Shown here in pieces: positions 9,979-20,675 of a DNA stretch of 64,000 bases. Under the pieces are notes generated by a model. That model did no database searches, was not told the origin of the DNA, and worked only from the letters and a program-made list of their open reading frames with translations. The position numbers were made by a program, and so were the translations under genes. Position 1 is the stretch's first letter. Each line of letters begins with the position of its first letter. This DNA comes from an uncultured delta proteobacterium (GTDB lineage Bacteria > Desulfobacterota > Desulfobacteria > Desulfobacterales > JAFDCJ01). The stretch spans positions 192,001-256,000 of the forward strand of contig CAVYNY010000011.1 in NCBI GenBank assembly GCA_963769935.1. The letters are read 5' to 3'.

Positions 9979-10599
9979 AAAACCTAAATTTTTTAAAATA
10001 TTTTCCAGCCAAATACTACCACTTGAAGTAATTAACCAATATAGTGTGGCACAATTAGCTGCAACAGTTACCCAATATGTAACTCGGAAAGATAATTTTT
10101 TGGATTTGTGTCTTAAAAAACTTTGTGCAATTTTGGCTCCTGGCCAACCTCCTAATAGTGACAATATATGCAAAGTACTTTCAGAAGTTCGCCACTCCCC
10201 CCATTCAGCTGCATTTTTGTCTTTTGCGTACATTAAAAATGCTGCAACACTCATGATTGCATATAGGCAAATTAGTTCCAGTGGAATGCGATTTGATTTA
10301 AAGAGGTAATAAAGAACATATGAAAAGGAAGTGAACATGACTAAAGAAAGAAATTTTTGGATTAGTTCTCTATCATTATTTTTATGCCCTTTCAGAGGAG
10401 AAACGCCAATTGCACAAATACGACCTTTTTGATCAGTTGAAGTAACGTATTGAACTTTAAGGTTTTTAATGGGTCGTTTATGGCGACGGCTATAGTCATT
10501 AAAATGAAAAAATAGCGCTTTATCGCCTGAGTTTGGAGTTATGAAACCAAACCGCTTTTCTTCATTCCAATTAGATATGATGCCTCTTTGCATATTCAT
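9973..10599 (-). CDS. Cold-shock domain plus DUF1294 membrane protein (cassette)
   Basis: GIISNWNEEKRFGFITP..FFHF; DKNAA..WRTSESTLH..GGWPGA..RHKSKK; flanked by GTTAACC (10618) and GGCTAAC (9978). Confidence 0.9.
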   Translation of the reverse strand: MNMQRGIISNWNEEKRFGFITPNSGDKALFFHFNDYSRRHKRPIKNLKVQYVTSTDQKGRICAIGVSPLKGHKNNDRELIQKFLSLVMFTSFSYVLYYLFKSNRIPLELICLYAIMSVAAFLMYAKDKNAAEWGEWRTSESTLHILSLLGGWPGAKIAQSFLRHKSKKLSFRVTYWVTVAANCATLYWLITSSGSIWLENILKNLGFG

Positions 10600-10968
10600 T
10601 TAGAACTATCTGGTTAACAATTTAGTAGTGCAAAAAAATTCGCGATATTATCTATTAAGACTGATTTGCCGAACAGTATGCTATATTATTTCAACTACAT
10701 ATTTAAAATATTCGGCATCTAAATAACGGAAATTTATGAATTTTTTTTAATATTCCAATATGCGAGGATTTATTCTTAATATCGCCAATATTCCGGTAAT
10801 ATTAAGAAAAATTTCCAAATAATGCCCAAGGTAACAGGCAAATTTTTGATACTCCAGGGGGCAGCCACAGCAACATATTGTGATGATCCTCAGGGATCCT
10901 CAGGGACGGGCCAAGATAAGGTGTAGTATTTTCTTGATTTTTACTCCAAACATGGGTGTTTTGGGTGC

Positions 10969-11409
10969 CTATTTCGCTCTTTTTCGCACCGAAATGAGCG
11001 ATATAGGGATATTGGACTTCCTTAAGTTGAAATGATTCTCCAGTTTCAAGGACCTTTCGTCCCAATGCCATGCCGTCCATTTGCACTTTATATTGTGGAC
11101 AATAGGTTCACTGCCAACAGCGATGCTTTCGGTCCATTGATTAAATTCCTGACCGGTTCTACCTGCTACCAGCCTGATCGAGTCAAGAATGACACCCCTT
11201 GATTTATCATCGGCCACCAGCAGATGAATATGATTTGAAGTAACTGTATAATTTAAAATGCTTAAGCCATATCGCCTTCTCGCTTCAAAAAGCCACTGGA
11301 GCCACTTCCGCCTATCTTTTGCGAACTTCAGCAGAAACTCTCTCTTATGGCATCGATGGGTAATATGCCATATCTGGCCCGGTATGTAATGCCTTTTCGC
11401 TCTTGCCAT
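10969..11409 (-). pseudogene. RAYT-like Y1 HUH transposase with internal deletion
   Basis: MARAKRHYIPGQIWHITHRCH..YTVTSNHIHLLV (HUH) ..GQEFNQ joins directly to WTESIAVGSE; the segment with the catalytic Tyr appears missing. Confidence 0.75.
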
Positions 11410-11447
11410 TTCTAAATCGCTGTTTTTTGCCTCAAAAAGCTCAATAT

Positions 11448-13351
11448 AGCCTACATTTCGCGCCTGTAAAATTAAATTTCAGAATTTATGCAGTTATCGC
11501 CAATAATCACCCTAACTTGCTTATATTACAACAAATAAAAAAATCTAGACATTGCCCTTTAATTGTTTTATAACGCCTTATATCAGCCAAATAGGAGGCG
11601 TTTATGAAGCAATTTGAGACGCGGTTCAAACAGGTCGATGTTTTACCAATGGTCAAGCATTATATGAGCTCGCTTGATCTGTATAACTTATTTAAAAAAT
11701 ATGTTCCAGCCTCTAACAGTTGCCTGGCCGAGCATGCGGAAAGTCTGTGCATTATTACCGCTAATATTATCTGTGACAACAAGCCACTATACAAAGTTCA
11801 AGAGTGGCTGGCAAGATATGCCGACGGACTGACAAATGAATCCGTAAATGCCGACAAGTTTAACGATGATCGCTTAGGAAGGTCTCTTTGCGCACTTTTC
11901 CAGGCAGATCGGCACTCGTTAATGACCGAGGTATCATGCAATGCCATTAAACTGCACAAACTGCTGACAGATGAGATCCATAATGACAGCACCACGGTTA
12001 CATTCAAAGGCCAATACGCAACCGCTGACCCGGATGCAGTTCAACTCAAGCATGGGCATAATAAGGATTTTCGTCCGGACTGCAAGCAGATTGTTTTTGG
12101 TCTGAACATCACTGCTGACGGTCATGTCCCGCTCAGCTACAAGGCCTATAATGGCAACCAAGATGATGACACAACTCATATTCCAAACTGGAATCAACTG
12201 CGTGCCTTGATACGCAAAGAAGACTTTATTTACATCGCCGACTGTAAATTATGCAGCAACAAAAATCTGGCATACATTGATGAAAATAACGGCTACTTCA
12301 TTACCATCATCCCAAAATTTCATAAAGAATCAACAAGCTTTATGCAATATATTAAAACCAATGAGGTTGAATGGGAAGATGCTTTTGAAATCCAACATTC
12401 TCGCAAAAAACAACAAGCCAATAAGTATAGAACATATGAGGCTGGCAAAAACAAAAAAGGCTATCGAGTTATATGGGTGCATTCCAGTTCTAAGGATCAG
12501 GATGAAAAAAATAGAAGGCGCAAGCAGATAGAAAAAGCCCAACAGGCGATGGAAGAACTGATACCAAAGCTTAACGCGTATCACTTCAAAACACAAAAAC
12601 AGATTAGCAAAGCGGTTAATACAATCTGTAAGCCAGTACAAGGGTTAATCGATGTAAAAATCACAAAAGGTCGCAAGCAGATTTGCAAGAGAATCCCATC
12701 AACCAAGCGGCAATCAGGCGATCCAATTTATGAAAATAAATGGTCATTTAATTATGGACTTGAATGGAAGATAAATGAACAAGCCGTTATAGACGAATCA
12801 AAAACAGACGGGCTGTTCCCTCTTATCACCAATAATCACTTGTTGGATGCCGGCGAAGTGCTCAGAATGTACAAACGTCAAGCCTATCTTGAAAAAAGGA
12901 TGTATACCAAAAAGTCAATATTAGATGTTGCCCCGGTCTTTCTTAAAAAGGAAAGGCGGATTGAAGCCGTATTGCTGCTTTATTTTTTTGCACTGATGAT
13001 CGTATCTCTTATTGAAAGAAATATACGATTGAATATGACAAAGCAGCAGATAGAAAAACTTCCGATACTGCCCCAGAAAATGAATACCAAAAAGCCGACC
13101 TGGAATAATATTCGCTATTTTTGTCGAGATATTCACCTGTCAGTAATCCTCAGAAATAAAGTTGCAATCCAGGTAGATGTGCAAGGGCTTAGCGATATGC
13201 ATATAAAAGTCTGCGAGCTAGTTGAGGTACCGAGTTCGGCTTATAAAAATTTACATGATCAATGGTGGTTGTTTGAAGGTACGTAACTGAATTTTTGATA
13301 AATATAGCTTGAATTAAAATTAAAATATTTTCGATATACGAAATATAAGTT
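11448..13351 (+). mobile_element. IS1634-family insertion sequence
   Basis: Transposase flanked by degenerate IRs AGCCTACATTTCGC / ACGAAATATAAGTT; AT-rich; no clear TSD. Confidence 0.75.
11604..13286 (+). CDS. IS1634-family DDE transposase
   Basis: FNDDRLGRSL..IHNDSTTV..HGHNKDFRPDCKQ..GHVPL..YIADCKL..DGLFPLITN..YKRQ..PVFLKKERRIEA; AGGAGG RBS. Confidence 0.92.
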   Translation: MKQFETRFKQVDVLPMVKHYMSSLDLYNLFKKYVPASNSCLAEHAESLCIITANIICDNKPLYKVQEWLARYADGLTNESVNADKFNDDRLGRSLCALFQADRHSLMTEVSCNAIKLHKLLTDEIHNDSTTVTFKGQYATADPDAVQLKHGHNKDFRPDCKQIVFGLNITADGHVPLSYKAYNGNQDDDTTHIPNWNQLRALIRKEDFIYIADCKLCSNKNLAYIDENNGYFITIIPKFHKESTSFMQYIKTNEVEWEDAFEIQHSRKKQQANKYRTYEAGKNKKGYRVIWVHSSSKDQDEKNRRRKQIEKAQQAMEELIPKLNAYHFKTQKQISKAVNTICKPVQGLIDVKITKGRKQICKRIPSTKRQSGDPIYENKWSFNYGLEWKINEQAVIDESKTDGLFPLITNNHLLDAGEVLRMYKRQAYLEKRMYTKKSILDVAPVFLKKERRIEAVLLLYFFALMIVSLIERNIRLNMTKQQIEKLPILPQKMNTKKPTWNNIRYFCRDIHLSVILRNKVAIQVDVQGLSDMHIKVCELVEVPSSAYKNLHDQWWLFEGT

Positions 13352-13394
13352 CTAAGGTTAAAAATCACCCCTACTTTACAACCTTTTTACTATA

Positions 13395-13481
13395 AATACA
13401 AAACCTTGCGGTGGTCCACCCAATGCCGCGGCTATGAATACAAAACCTTGCGGTGGTCCGACCCAACCCAATGCCGCGGCT
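13395..13481. repeat. Imperfect 42-bp-period tandem duplication of the element end plus target sequence
   Basis: AATACAAAACCTTGCGGTGGTCC..CCCAATGCCGCGGCT occurs twice. Confidence 0.9.
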
Positions 13482-13839
13482 CGCTTTCGATGTCAACGGT
13501 AGTCGCCGCCTTTTCGTTTAGTGCACCGGGTTTGCCGTACACCGGAATGACACGGTAGCGATACCTGTATCCCGGTTTGGCCGTGTAGTCCGCCCACTGG
13601 AATGCTTGGAAGGGGTGATCATGGCTGCTGGCATCCTCAAATCCGGTGGAAGGGCGTATGCTGGGGAAAGTCTTATTCCCCCGCAGCCAGATGGTTTCGT
13701 CTTCTGTGAGGTCCGCGCGTTGGATGGCAAATCCCATCAACCCCTTCGCATCTGATTCCTTCATGTCGAACGCAAGAAATATGACATATGTGCCGCTGAT
13801 TGCTCTTACGTTTACGAATCCCGCCGCTGTCTTTCGCAT
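13465..13839 (-). pseudogene. N-terminal fragment of a phospholipase D-like domain protein, truncated at the element end
   Basis: VRAISGTYVIFLAFD..LMGFAIQR..PFQAFQWADYTAKPG..YRYRVIPVYGKP; no HKD motif reached. Confidence 0.65.
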
Positions 13840-14346
13840 GAGTTTTCTCCTTTTTTCGGTTAGTGAAAACGCATAACGAGTGATCAAGGGGTGTCCGTTT
13901 TTAAGCCGGATTCTGGATGCTCGATGCTGGAAGCTGGGAAAGGCAGCACTCCTTTTACAGTTCATTAATAAGCATCTCGAACCCATCAGCCCCTTTCTAT
14001 GGGACCGTTTGCATGAAAATACACTAAAATTACAGGCAATTATCTGCGATCTGTTTTATGAATTGACGCCTAAACTAAGTGAAAAATTATGCGAATCCGA
14101 TTGTTTGGATTTTATTCCTGCGACATGACCGGGATTCCGCATATGCGAATCCATCATCGAGAATTGATAATTTTGTATGTAAAACTGCGTTGCAGTTTTA
14201 AATCTTTTGAGGAGAGAGTATTTAAGGATTAGAATTATTCTATTTGTACCGAATTAATCCAGTGGTGTCAATCCGTGGTTTTACTCAATGGGATTGAGTA
14301 GAAATACCTAATTTGGGATTAGGGGAAAATACTCTAATTGAAGGGC

Positions 14347-14630
14347 AGAATCGGAGAACCGGTGAAACGGAGATGGAAAGGATGAGATTGGGAAACGGAG
14401 AACCGGAGAGAGGGAGAAACGGAGTTTGAAGGGATGAAATGGAGAATCGGGAAGGGGGTATGGCGCTTCCGCGCCGGCTCATAGCTCATAGTTCCAAGGT
14501 AAACAGGAAAGGTTTAACGGGGCAGGCTGATCTATTGATATTTAACGGGGTAAACATAGGTGATTTAGGAAGGTTAAAGGTCAAAGGAGAAAGGCTAAAG
14601 GACAAATGTTAAAGGATAAAGGTCAAAGGT
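14347..14630 (+). repeat. Purine-rich periodic tracts (GAAACGGAG-like, then AAAGG-NN)
   Basis: Degenerate 7-9 nt units. Confidence 0.8.
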
Positions 14631-14665
14631 TTGAGCCTGCGCGCAGTCCGGGACCGAGTTTGAAA

Positions 14666-15178
14666 TTATTTTAGCACAATCGGCTCATAGGCCTGCTGGA
14701 GGGTTGCTATAGGAAGGAAAAGTTCCAGGGGGTTATCCGGCAAAGAAATGAAACCAAATTTTTCGTAATAGCCTTTTGCCTCTTCGTTTTTTGCGTCGAC
14801 AAAGAAGCCGATAATGCCCAGGTTTTTCGACACCAATAAAATCCGTTCGATCGCATTAACCACCATAATAGTACCGCAGCCCTGTCGTTGTTTTATTTTT
14901 GAAACAGCCAATCTCGCCAGCTTCGCTGCAGGAACCTTGGAAGGATATTTTTTAGAATATTTGCGCGGCAATTTTTCAACATGTACTTCACATGCCGCCA
15001 ATGTGTAGTACCCAAGAATTTTTTTGGGATTATTATCATCGATAAGCACAAAGGTTTTTGACATTCCCTTCTCAAGATGCTGCCGAGCGGTTCTCTGCAA
15101 ATACCTGTTGAGATCATCGTCGCCGCAATCGAATTCAACTCTATCGTGGTTCTTTGTTAAAGGTTCAATTTTCAGCAT
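14666..15178 (-). CDS. GNAT acetyltransferase toxin (TacT/AtaT-like)
   Basis: HDRVEFDCGDDDLNRYL..GYYTL..VPAAKLARLAV..QRQGCG..VDAKNEEAKGYYEKFGF. Confidence 0.92.
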   Translation of the reverse strand: MLKIEPLTKNHDRVEFDCGDDDLNRYLQRTARQHLEKGMSKTFVLIDDNNPKKILGYYTLAACEVHVEKLPRKYSKKYPSKVPAAKLARLAVSKIKQRQGCGTIMVVNAIERILLVSKNLGIIGFFVDAKNEEAKGYYEKFGFISLPDNPLELFLPIATLQQAYEPIVLK

Positions 15179-15286
15179 AGGTAGCCGCCGATATTTCAGA
15201 AGTCCAGTTCGTCGAGTTCCTGACTATATTAAAATCAAGCCTTTTTATAAAGAGACTGGATCCCATCAAACTCTTTCCGGCTTTTT

Positions 15287-15574
15287 TCATGCATTGTCCG
15301 GACCAAATGAGGCTCTGTATTTTTTCATCGCTTCTCTAAGCTTCTTGGTGGGCCTCGGTGGATTTTCGATGGCGTTAAAAAATACACTTGCCGATTTTAT
15401 TGATAAATTTATTGTTTGATCCTTTTCAATAATCGTTTGTGCCTTTTCAATCGCGGCCTGTACGAGGAACTGATTCAGTGTGGAACCTGAAATCTCTGCA
15501 GCGCGTATCAAAGTTTGGTAAGCGTGAATTGGTATTCGTGCTGAAACACGTTCTTTCTCCTTTGATATTGGCAT
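15287..15574 (-). CDS. DUF1778 (TacA-like) RHH antitoxin
   Basis: KERVSARIP..LIRAAEISGSTLNQFLVQAA..AIENPPRPTKKLREA; AAGGAG RBS. Confidence 0.9.
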   Translation of the reverse strand: MPISKEKERVSARIPIHAYQTLIRAAEISGSTLNQFLVQAAIEKAQTIIEKDQTINLSIKSASVFFNAIENPPRPTKKLREAMKKYRASFGPDNA

Positions 15575-15687
15575 ATTAAGCTCCTTTCGATCCATAATGA
15601 GATCATGGTGTTTACTATAAATGCAATTTAACACTTCGGTGCCAAACTGGCAACTTTTATTTTGAATGTTGGTGCCATATTGACGCC

Positions 15688-15990
15688 GGGAAACGGGGAT
15701 TTGATAAAGATGAAACGGAGAATCGGCGAAACGGAGCGCCGGCGAAACGGGGATGAGGGTATGAGGGGAAACGGAATAGAAAGGATGAAACGGTGAAACG
15801 GCGAAACGGCTAACGGAAAGAGGGTGCGAAGGTGGGAAGGTAAGAGGGTACGAAAAGACTGAGACGGCGAAACGGAGAGCCGGCGAAGCGGGGATGGGGG
15901 GAAAAACGGACAACAGAATGAAGATGAGCAGTTGGGAGGTTGAGAAGATGAGAAGCCGAAAGGATGAAGGTTAAAGGATGGAGGATGATC
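15688..15990 (+). repeat. Purine-rich GAAACGG periodic tract
   Basis: More than ten GAAACGG-like units. Confidence 0.85.
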
Positions 15991-16295
15991 TTCCTAAATT
16001 CGATGAGAAATGGAGCACCTGAGTCAGACCGCTTTTTCTGAACCTATCCGTTTCCGATTCAATGACGCTTTCCAATCATCATTGCTTTTTCCTTTCGGGT
16101 CTATCTACAAAAATAGGTAGGAGCCATTTTATCCCCCTCCCCCCGCCCGCCTCGCAAGCGAGAGCGTTGCGGACAGGTCAATGCCTCCCGCCAAGGGAGG
16201 GAAGTCAGGCTCCTGCCCGTTGACGGGAAGGCCGGGCGGGGGTGAAATTAAATTGCCTGTTTAATTTCTGCGGAAAACCGGTTATAAATTTAATC

Positions 16296-17153
16296 ATGCT
16301 TCAGCACACATTCATGCACATCCAAAGCATCGGCCAAGTGACCGAGCAAAGGCTTTGGGAGGCAGGTCTCAGCGATTGGGATGCATTCGGCGATGGCATT
16401 TCCATTCCCTTGTCCGGCAAGCGCAAATATTTTTTGCAAAAAGGCATCGAAGAATCCAGACTCCACCTGCACCAAAATAATCCGGGATATTTTTCCAGGT
16501 TTCTGCCTGCAAAACAAGCCTGGCGATTTTTTCCCGAGTTCAGAAATTCAACGGTATATCTGGATATCGAAACAACCGGCCTGGATCGCCAATACGAATC
16601 CATAACCACGATTGCCCTTTATGACGGCCGTGAGATTAAAACCTATGTCCAGGGACGGAACCTGGACGATTTTATCGATGAGATTTACAAATACAAAGTG
16701 ATCGTCACGTACAACGGCAAATGTTTTGATATCCCCTTTATCGAAAGCTTCTTTGACATCCGGTTGAATCAGGCCCAAATAGATTTGCGCTATGTTTTGT
16801 ACAGCCTTGGTTTCAGGGGCGGGTTGAAGAGATGTGAAAGGCAGCTGGGGTTGGACCGGGGCGATTTGCGGGATATCGATGGATTTTTGGCGGTGCTGCT
16901 CTGGGATGAGTTTGCAAAGACTGAAAGCCGGCAAACCCTTGAAACTTTGCTGGCATACAATGTTCAGGATGCCATCACGCTGGAAACCCTGATGGTAACG
17001 GCCTATAATTTGAAGCTGAAAGAAACGCCTTTTTATAATAATCTTTTGATCGAAGCATCAAGGCCGCCGGTCAATCCTTTCAGGGCCGATCCTGCAACGA
17101 TTGACAGAATTAAGAGCCGTTGGCAAAATTGGTCATCAGGTCAATGGTATTGA
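16296..17153 (+). CDS. RNase H-like (YprB/DnaQ-type) exonuclease
   Basis: VYLDIETTGL..VTYNGKCFDIPF..IDLR..GGLK..LAYNVQD. Confidence 0.88.
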   Translation: MLQHTFMHIQSIGQVTEQRLWEAGLSDWDAFGDGISIPLSGKRKYFLQKGIEESRLHLHQNNPGYFSRFLPAKQAWRFFPEFRNSTVYLDIETTGLDRQYESITTIALYDGREIKTYVQGRNLDDFIDEIYKYKVIVTYNGKCFDIPFIESFFDIRLNQAQIDLRYVLYSLGFRGGLKRCERQLGLDRGDLRDIDGFLAVLLWDEFAKTESRQTLETLLAYNVQDAITLETLMVTAYNLKLKETPFYNNLLIEASRPPVNPFRADPATIDRIKSRWQNWSSGQWY

Positions 17154-17332
17154 ACGCTTGCGATGATTGATTGGGAGTTATTGGTCAACGGCTTACAAAG
17201 AATATTTTTCGCAAACATTTCTCACTTGCAGAAGAGATCCAAAAATTTCGCCAAAACATCTTCAACTAATAATAGACAACGCCTAATAAAATTGAATCTG
17301 CGCGCATGAGTCGGGAATCTAAAAATATATTC

Positions 17333-17414
17333 ATCACGAAAGCACGAAAGGTGGAAAACACGAAAAGGGGCGATTTGTTTTAAATTTTGTTTCGTGCTTT
17401 CGTATTTTCGTGAT
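17333..17414. repeat. CACGAAA/TTTCGTG periodic inverted repeat
   Basis: Three CACGAAA units facing three TTTCGTR units. Confidence 0.8.
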
Positions 17415-17551
17415 TGGCCGTTATTTTTAAGTCTATTTCATGAATAATCCAGACGCTCAGTGTCTGAGTCAGATGCTGGCAATGGACACCCAATTGAACT
17501 TTTGCGTTCAATCGGGATGCAACTTTAAGGCGCTTAATTTCACAGTTCCAG

Positions 17552-20328
17552 ATGCTGATTCGGGAGACGCTTGTGGCCCACAACCTTACACTCTTAAAGA
17601 AAGCTGGCAAACAACCGGGTGTGCCGCTATCCACAGTAATTAAGCGGATTATCTGGCTTTGCATGCTGCCGCTGTTTTTATTTGCAACCGGCATGGCCAT
17701 CTATGAGGTCGGTGTCATACACCGACAGCAAAACGAGCAGGCTGCATTTTTAGCGGAAAACTTCGTTCTATCAATCGACAAAAGCCTCAATTCGCGAATC
17801 AAAGCGCTCAACGTGCTGGCCATGTCGCCGCTGGTGGACGATTTTTCAAGGTGGAATGAGCTTTACCGGGAGGCCCGGGGCTTTTACCAGATTTTCGGCA
17901 CGCATGTTGTTATAAGCGACGGGGGAACGCCGGCACATTTGCTCCTGAACACGCGTGTACCTTTCGGCACAAAATTGCCCGTGGTAGAAAAGCCAAATGG
18001 CCGGTTGGCGGGGCCGATTGCAATACGAACCGGCCAGCCGGCAGTGAGCGATCTTTTTGCCGGTCCGGTTGCCCATAAGCTTCTGGTGGGCATTGCGGTG
18101 CCGGTACTTCGCGAGGGAAGGCCTAAATTTGCAATCCTCACCACCATTGACCCGGAATTTTTCCAGAAGCGCATCGATCAGGTTGTCCTGCCGCCGGGCT
18201 GGTCCATGGTTTTGAAAGATGCCCAGGGAGAGTTGATTGCAGGCCGCCTTGAAAACCCGATCAAGGATCCGGCCGCCCGCTACGTTGCCGATTCGCAGGT
18301 ATCACACTGGACGGTGGCGGTCGAGGTCCCGTACACCGCTCATTGGCGGCCATTGGTTTTAACCGCGGTGGCCCTCGGAGCGGTCCTTCTCGCGGCAACA
18401 TTGGCGGGTTATCTGGGCGGCAATTGGGCCGGGCGCCGTCTTGGAAGATCGGTTGCATCTCTGACCCAAACGCCGGCCCCGGGCACCCCGCCGCCCGACA
18501 TCCTGGAAGTCGCCGCCGCACGCCGCCTGCTCGATGAGGAAGCGGAGAGGCGAACGATACTCGAGGCGCGTTACCGCAATCTTTTCAGGTATTCGCCGGA
18601 TGCCATATTCGTAATCCAGGAAGACCGCGTCACCCTGGTAAACGAGGCGTGCCTGCAGCTGTTCGGCGCGCAGGCAGCCGAAGAGCTGATCGGCAAGAGA
18701 CCTAATGCTCTCTTTCATCCGGATTTTCAGCCGGCCATCGGAGAGCGCATTCACCGGCTGCTTGATCCGGGCGAATCAGCACCCCGGCTCGAAGCGAAAA
18801 TTGTCCGCATTGACGGTGGCGCAATCGATGTGGAAGTGCTTGCGGTTCTCTTTCCATTCGAAGGATCCAACGCCATCCATGTGATTCTGCGGGACATAAC
18901 AAAGCGCAAGCAGGCCGCAGAGATTTTGGCCGCAAGTGAAAGAAAATACCGCGAGCTGATTGAAACGGCCAACAGCATCATCATTCGCTGGGACAAACAG
19001 GGGGTGATCAATTTCATCAATGAATTCGGCGCCCGGTTCTTCGGCTATAAGGTTGAGGAGCTGATCGACAGGGACGTTATGACCATCGTGCCGAAAGTGG
19101 AAAAAAGCAGCGGCAGGGACCTCGATGCACTGGTTAAGGATATCGTCGTCAATCCTGACCGGTATACTTACGTGCCCAACGAAAACCTCACCAGGGACGG
19201 CCGGATCGTGTGGGTGGCCTGGACCAACAAGGCGATCACGGATGAGCAGGGCAGCGTGCAGGAGATCCTGGCCATCGGCAACGACATTACCCAATTGAAG
19301 GAAGCGCAGACTGCGCGGGAAGAGAGCGAGTCGCTCTATCGGGCGATTGCGCAAAACTTTCCGGAAGGTGCCATTTATATTTTCGATCATGACCTGCGTT
19401 TCCGTGTCGCCGATGGGGAGGCGGTGGCAACCCTGGGATTCAGCCGCGAGGAGTTGGAGGGAAAAACCATTTGGGAAGCAACCGATGAAAAAACCTGCGC
19501 CATTTTAGCGCAACGTTATCCCCGAGTGCTGGCTGGTGAGTCGCTTCATTTCGAGACACCGTTTAAGGGTCGCGTGTTCTCTTCCTCCTATGTTCCGATC
19601 CGGGATAGTCACGGTAAAATAACGGCCGGTATGGTGGTAAGCCATGACATCACCGAACGCAAACAGGCCGAAGAAGCGCTTCGCGAAAGCAAGGAGCGCA
19701 TCCAAGCTTCGCTCGCCGAAAAAGAGGTGTTATTGCAGGAAATCCATCACCGCGTGAAGAACAATATGCAGGTGATCTCCAGCCTGGTGGCGCTGCAAGC
19801 TCATGAGATCAAAGAACCCGCCATGAAAAACGTCCTCCAGGAAACCAGCCACCGGGTACGTTCCATGGCTATGGTGCACGAGAAACTGTATCAGTCCGCT
19901 GATTTTGCCCGGGTGGATTTTGCCGACTACGCCCGGAGCCTGCTGGCCTATCTCTGGCGCGCCTACAGTACCGAAGCTTCAGGCGTAAGCTGACAACGGA
20001 ACTGGTGCCGGTAGCGCTTCCGGTGAACATTGCGGTCCCGTGCGGCTTGATCCTGAACGAGCTGGTCGGCAACGCGCTCAAACATGCCTTTAAGGGACGC
20101 GCCGGGGGCCAGGTGACCGTATCGCTGCACTGCGATGCCCAAAGCCGGGTGCGCCTGGCCGTGCGTGACGACGGTAAAGGCCTTCCGCCCGGGATTGATT
20201 TAAAGCAGTCCGGCTCCCTGGGACTCCGCCTTGTAGAGATGCTGGCCAGCCAGATTCATGCCGCCTTAGAAGTTTCAAGTGATAAAGGAACCCAATTTAT
20301 GGTTGAATTTGACAAGCCGCTGATTTGA
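17552..20328 (+). pseudogene. Cache/3xPAS HisKA_2-type sensor kinase, frameshifted near 19988
   Basis: EIHHRVKNNMQ H-box in 17552-19993; ILNELVGNALKHAF..DDGKG..SLGL in 20005-20328 in another frame. Confidence 0.85.
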
Positions 20329-20588
20329 AGGGATGAAACGGAATTGAAAGATAGAACCGGAGAAACGGGGAAACGGAGAATCGGAGAGACGGTGAAACAG
20401 GGAAACGGGGTAAAAAGATGGAAACGGAGAATCGGAGAGGGGGGAAACGGAGAGGGGGTGAAACGGAGTTTGAAGGGATGAAACGGTGAAACGGGGGGAC
20501 GGGGAAGCGGAGCTTGTACGGATGGAACCCGAGAATCGGAGATGAGCAGAAACGGAGCTTGAACGGATGGACCAGAGAAACGGTGACC
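20322..20588 (+). repeat. Purine-rich GAAACGG periodic tract
   Basis: Shares exact 24-mer GAAACGGAGTTTGAAGGGATGAAA with 14416-14439. Confidence 0.85.
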
Positions 20589-20643
20589 GAGGGGGACAGT
20601 TCTGATAGTTGTCCAGTTGGTCTCACCAGTTAAATTGAGGGGG
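20589..20643 (+). repeat. 55-bp direct repeat, copy 1
   Basis: 50/55 identical to 29803-29857. Confidence 0.9.
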
Positions 20644-20675
20644 GGAGGCGATTCCAAGATTGGAGGATGCTTTTT

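Larger units (their letters stand above)
10903..13464. mobile_element. HUH (RAYT/IS200-like) transposase element with imperfect 28-bp terminal inverted repeats, interrupted by IS1634
   Basis: Outward-reading ends AATACTACACCTTATCTTGGCCCGTCCC (10930-10903) and AATACAAAACCTTGCGGTGGTCCGACCC (13437-13464), 20/28 identical. Confidence 0.6.

Noticed and set aside
14285..20657. Pro/Ser/Phe-rich ORFs (14285-14482, N-terminal extension to 15913, 20256-20657)
   Set aside because: Translations of low-complexity tracts
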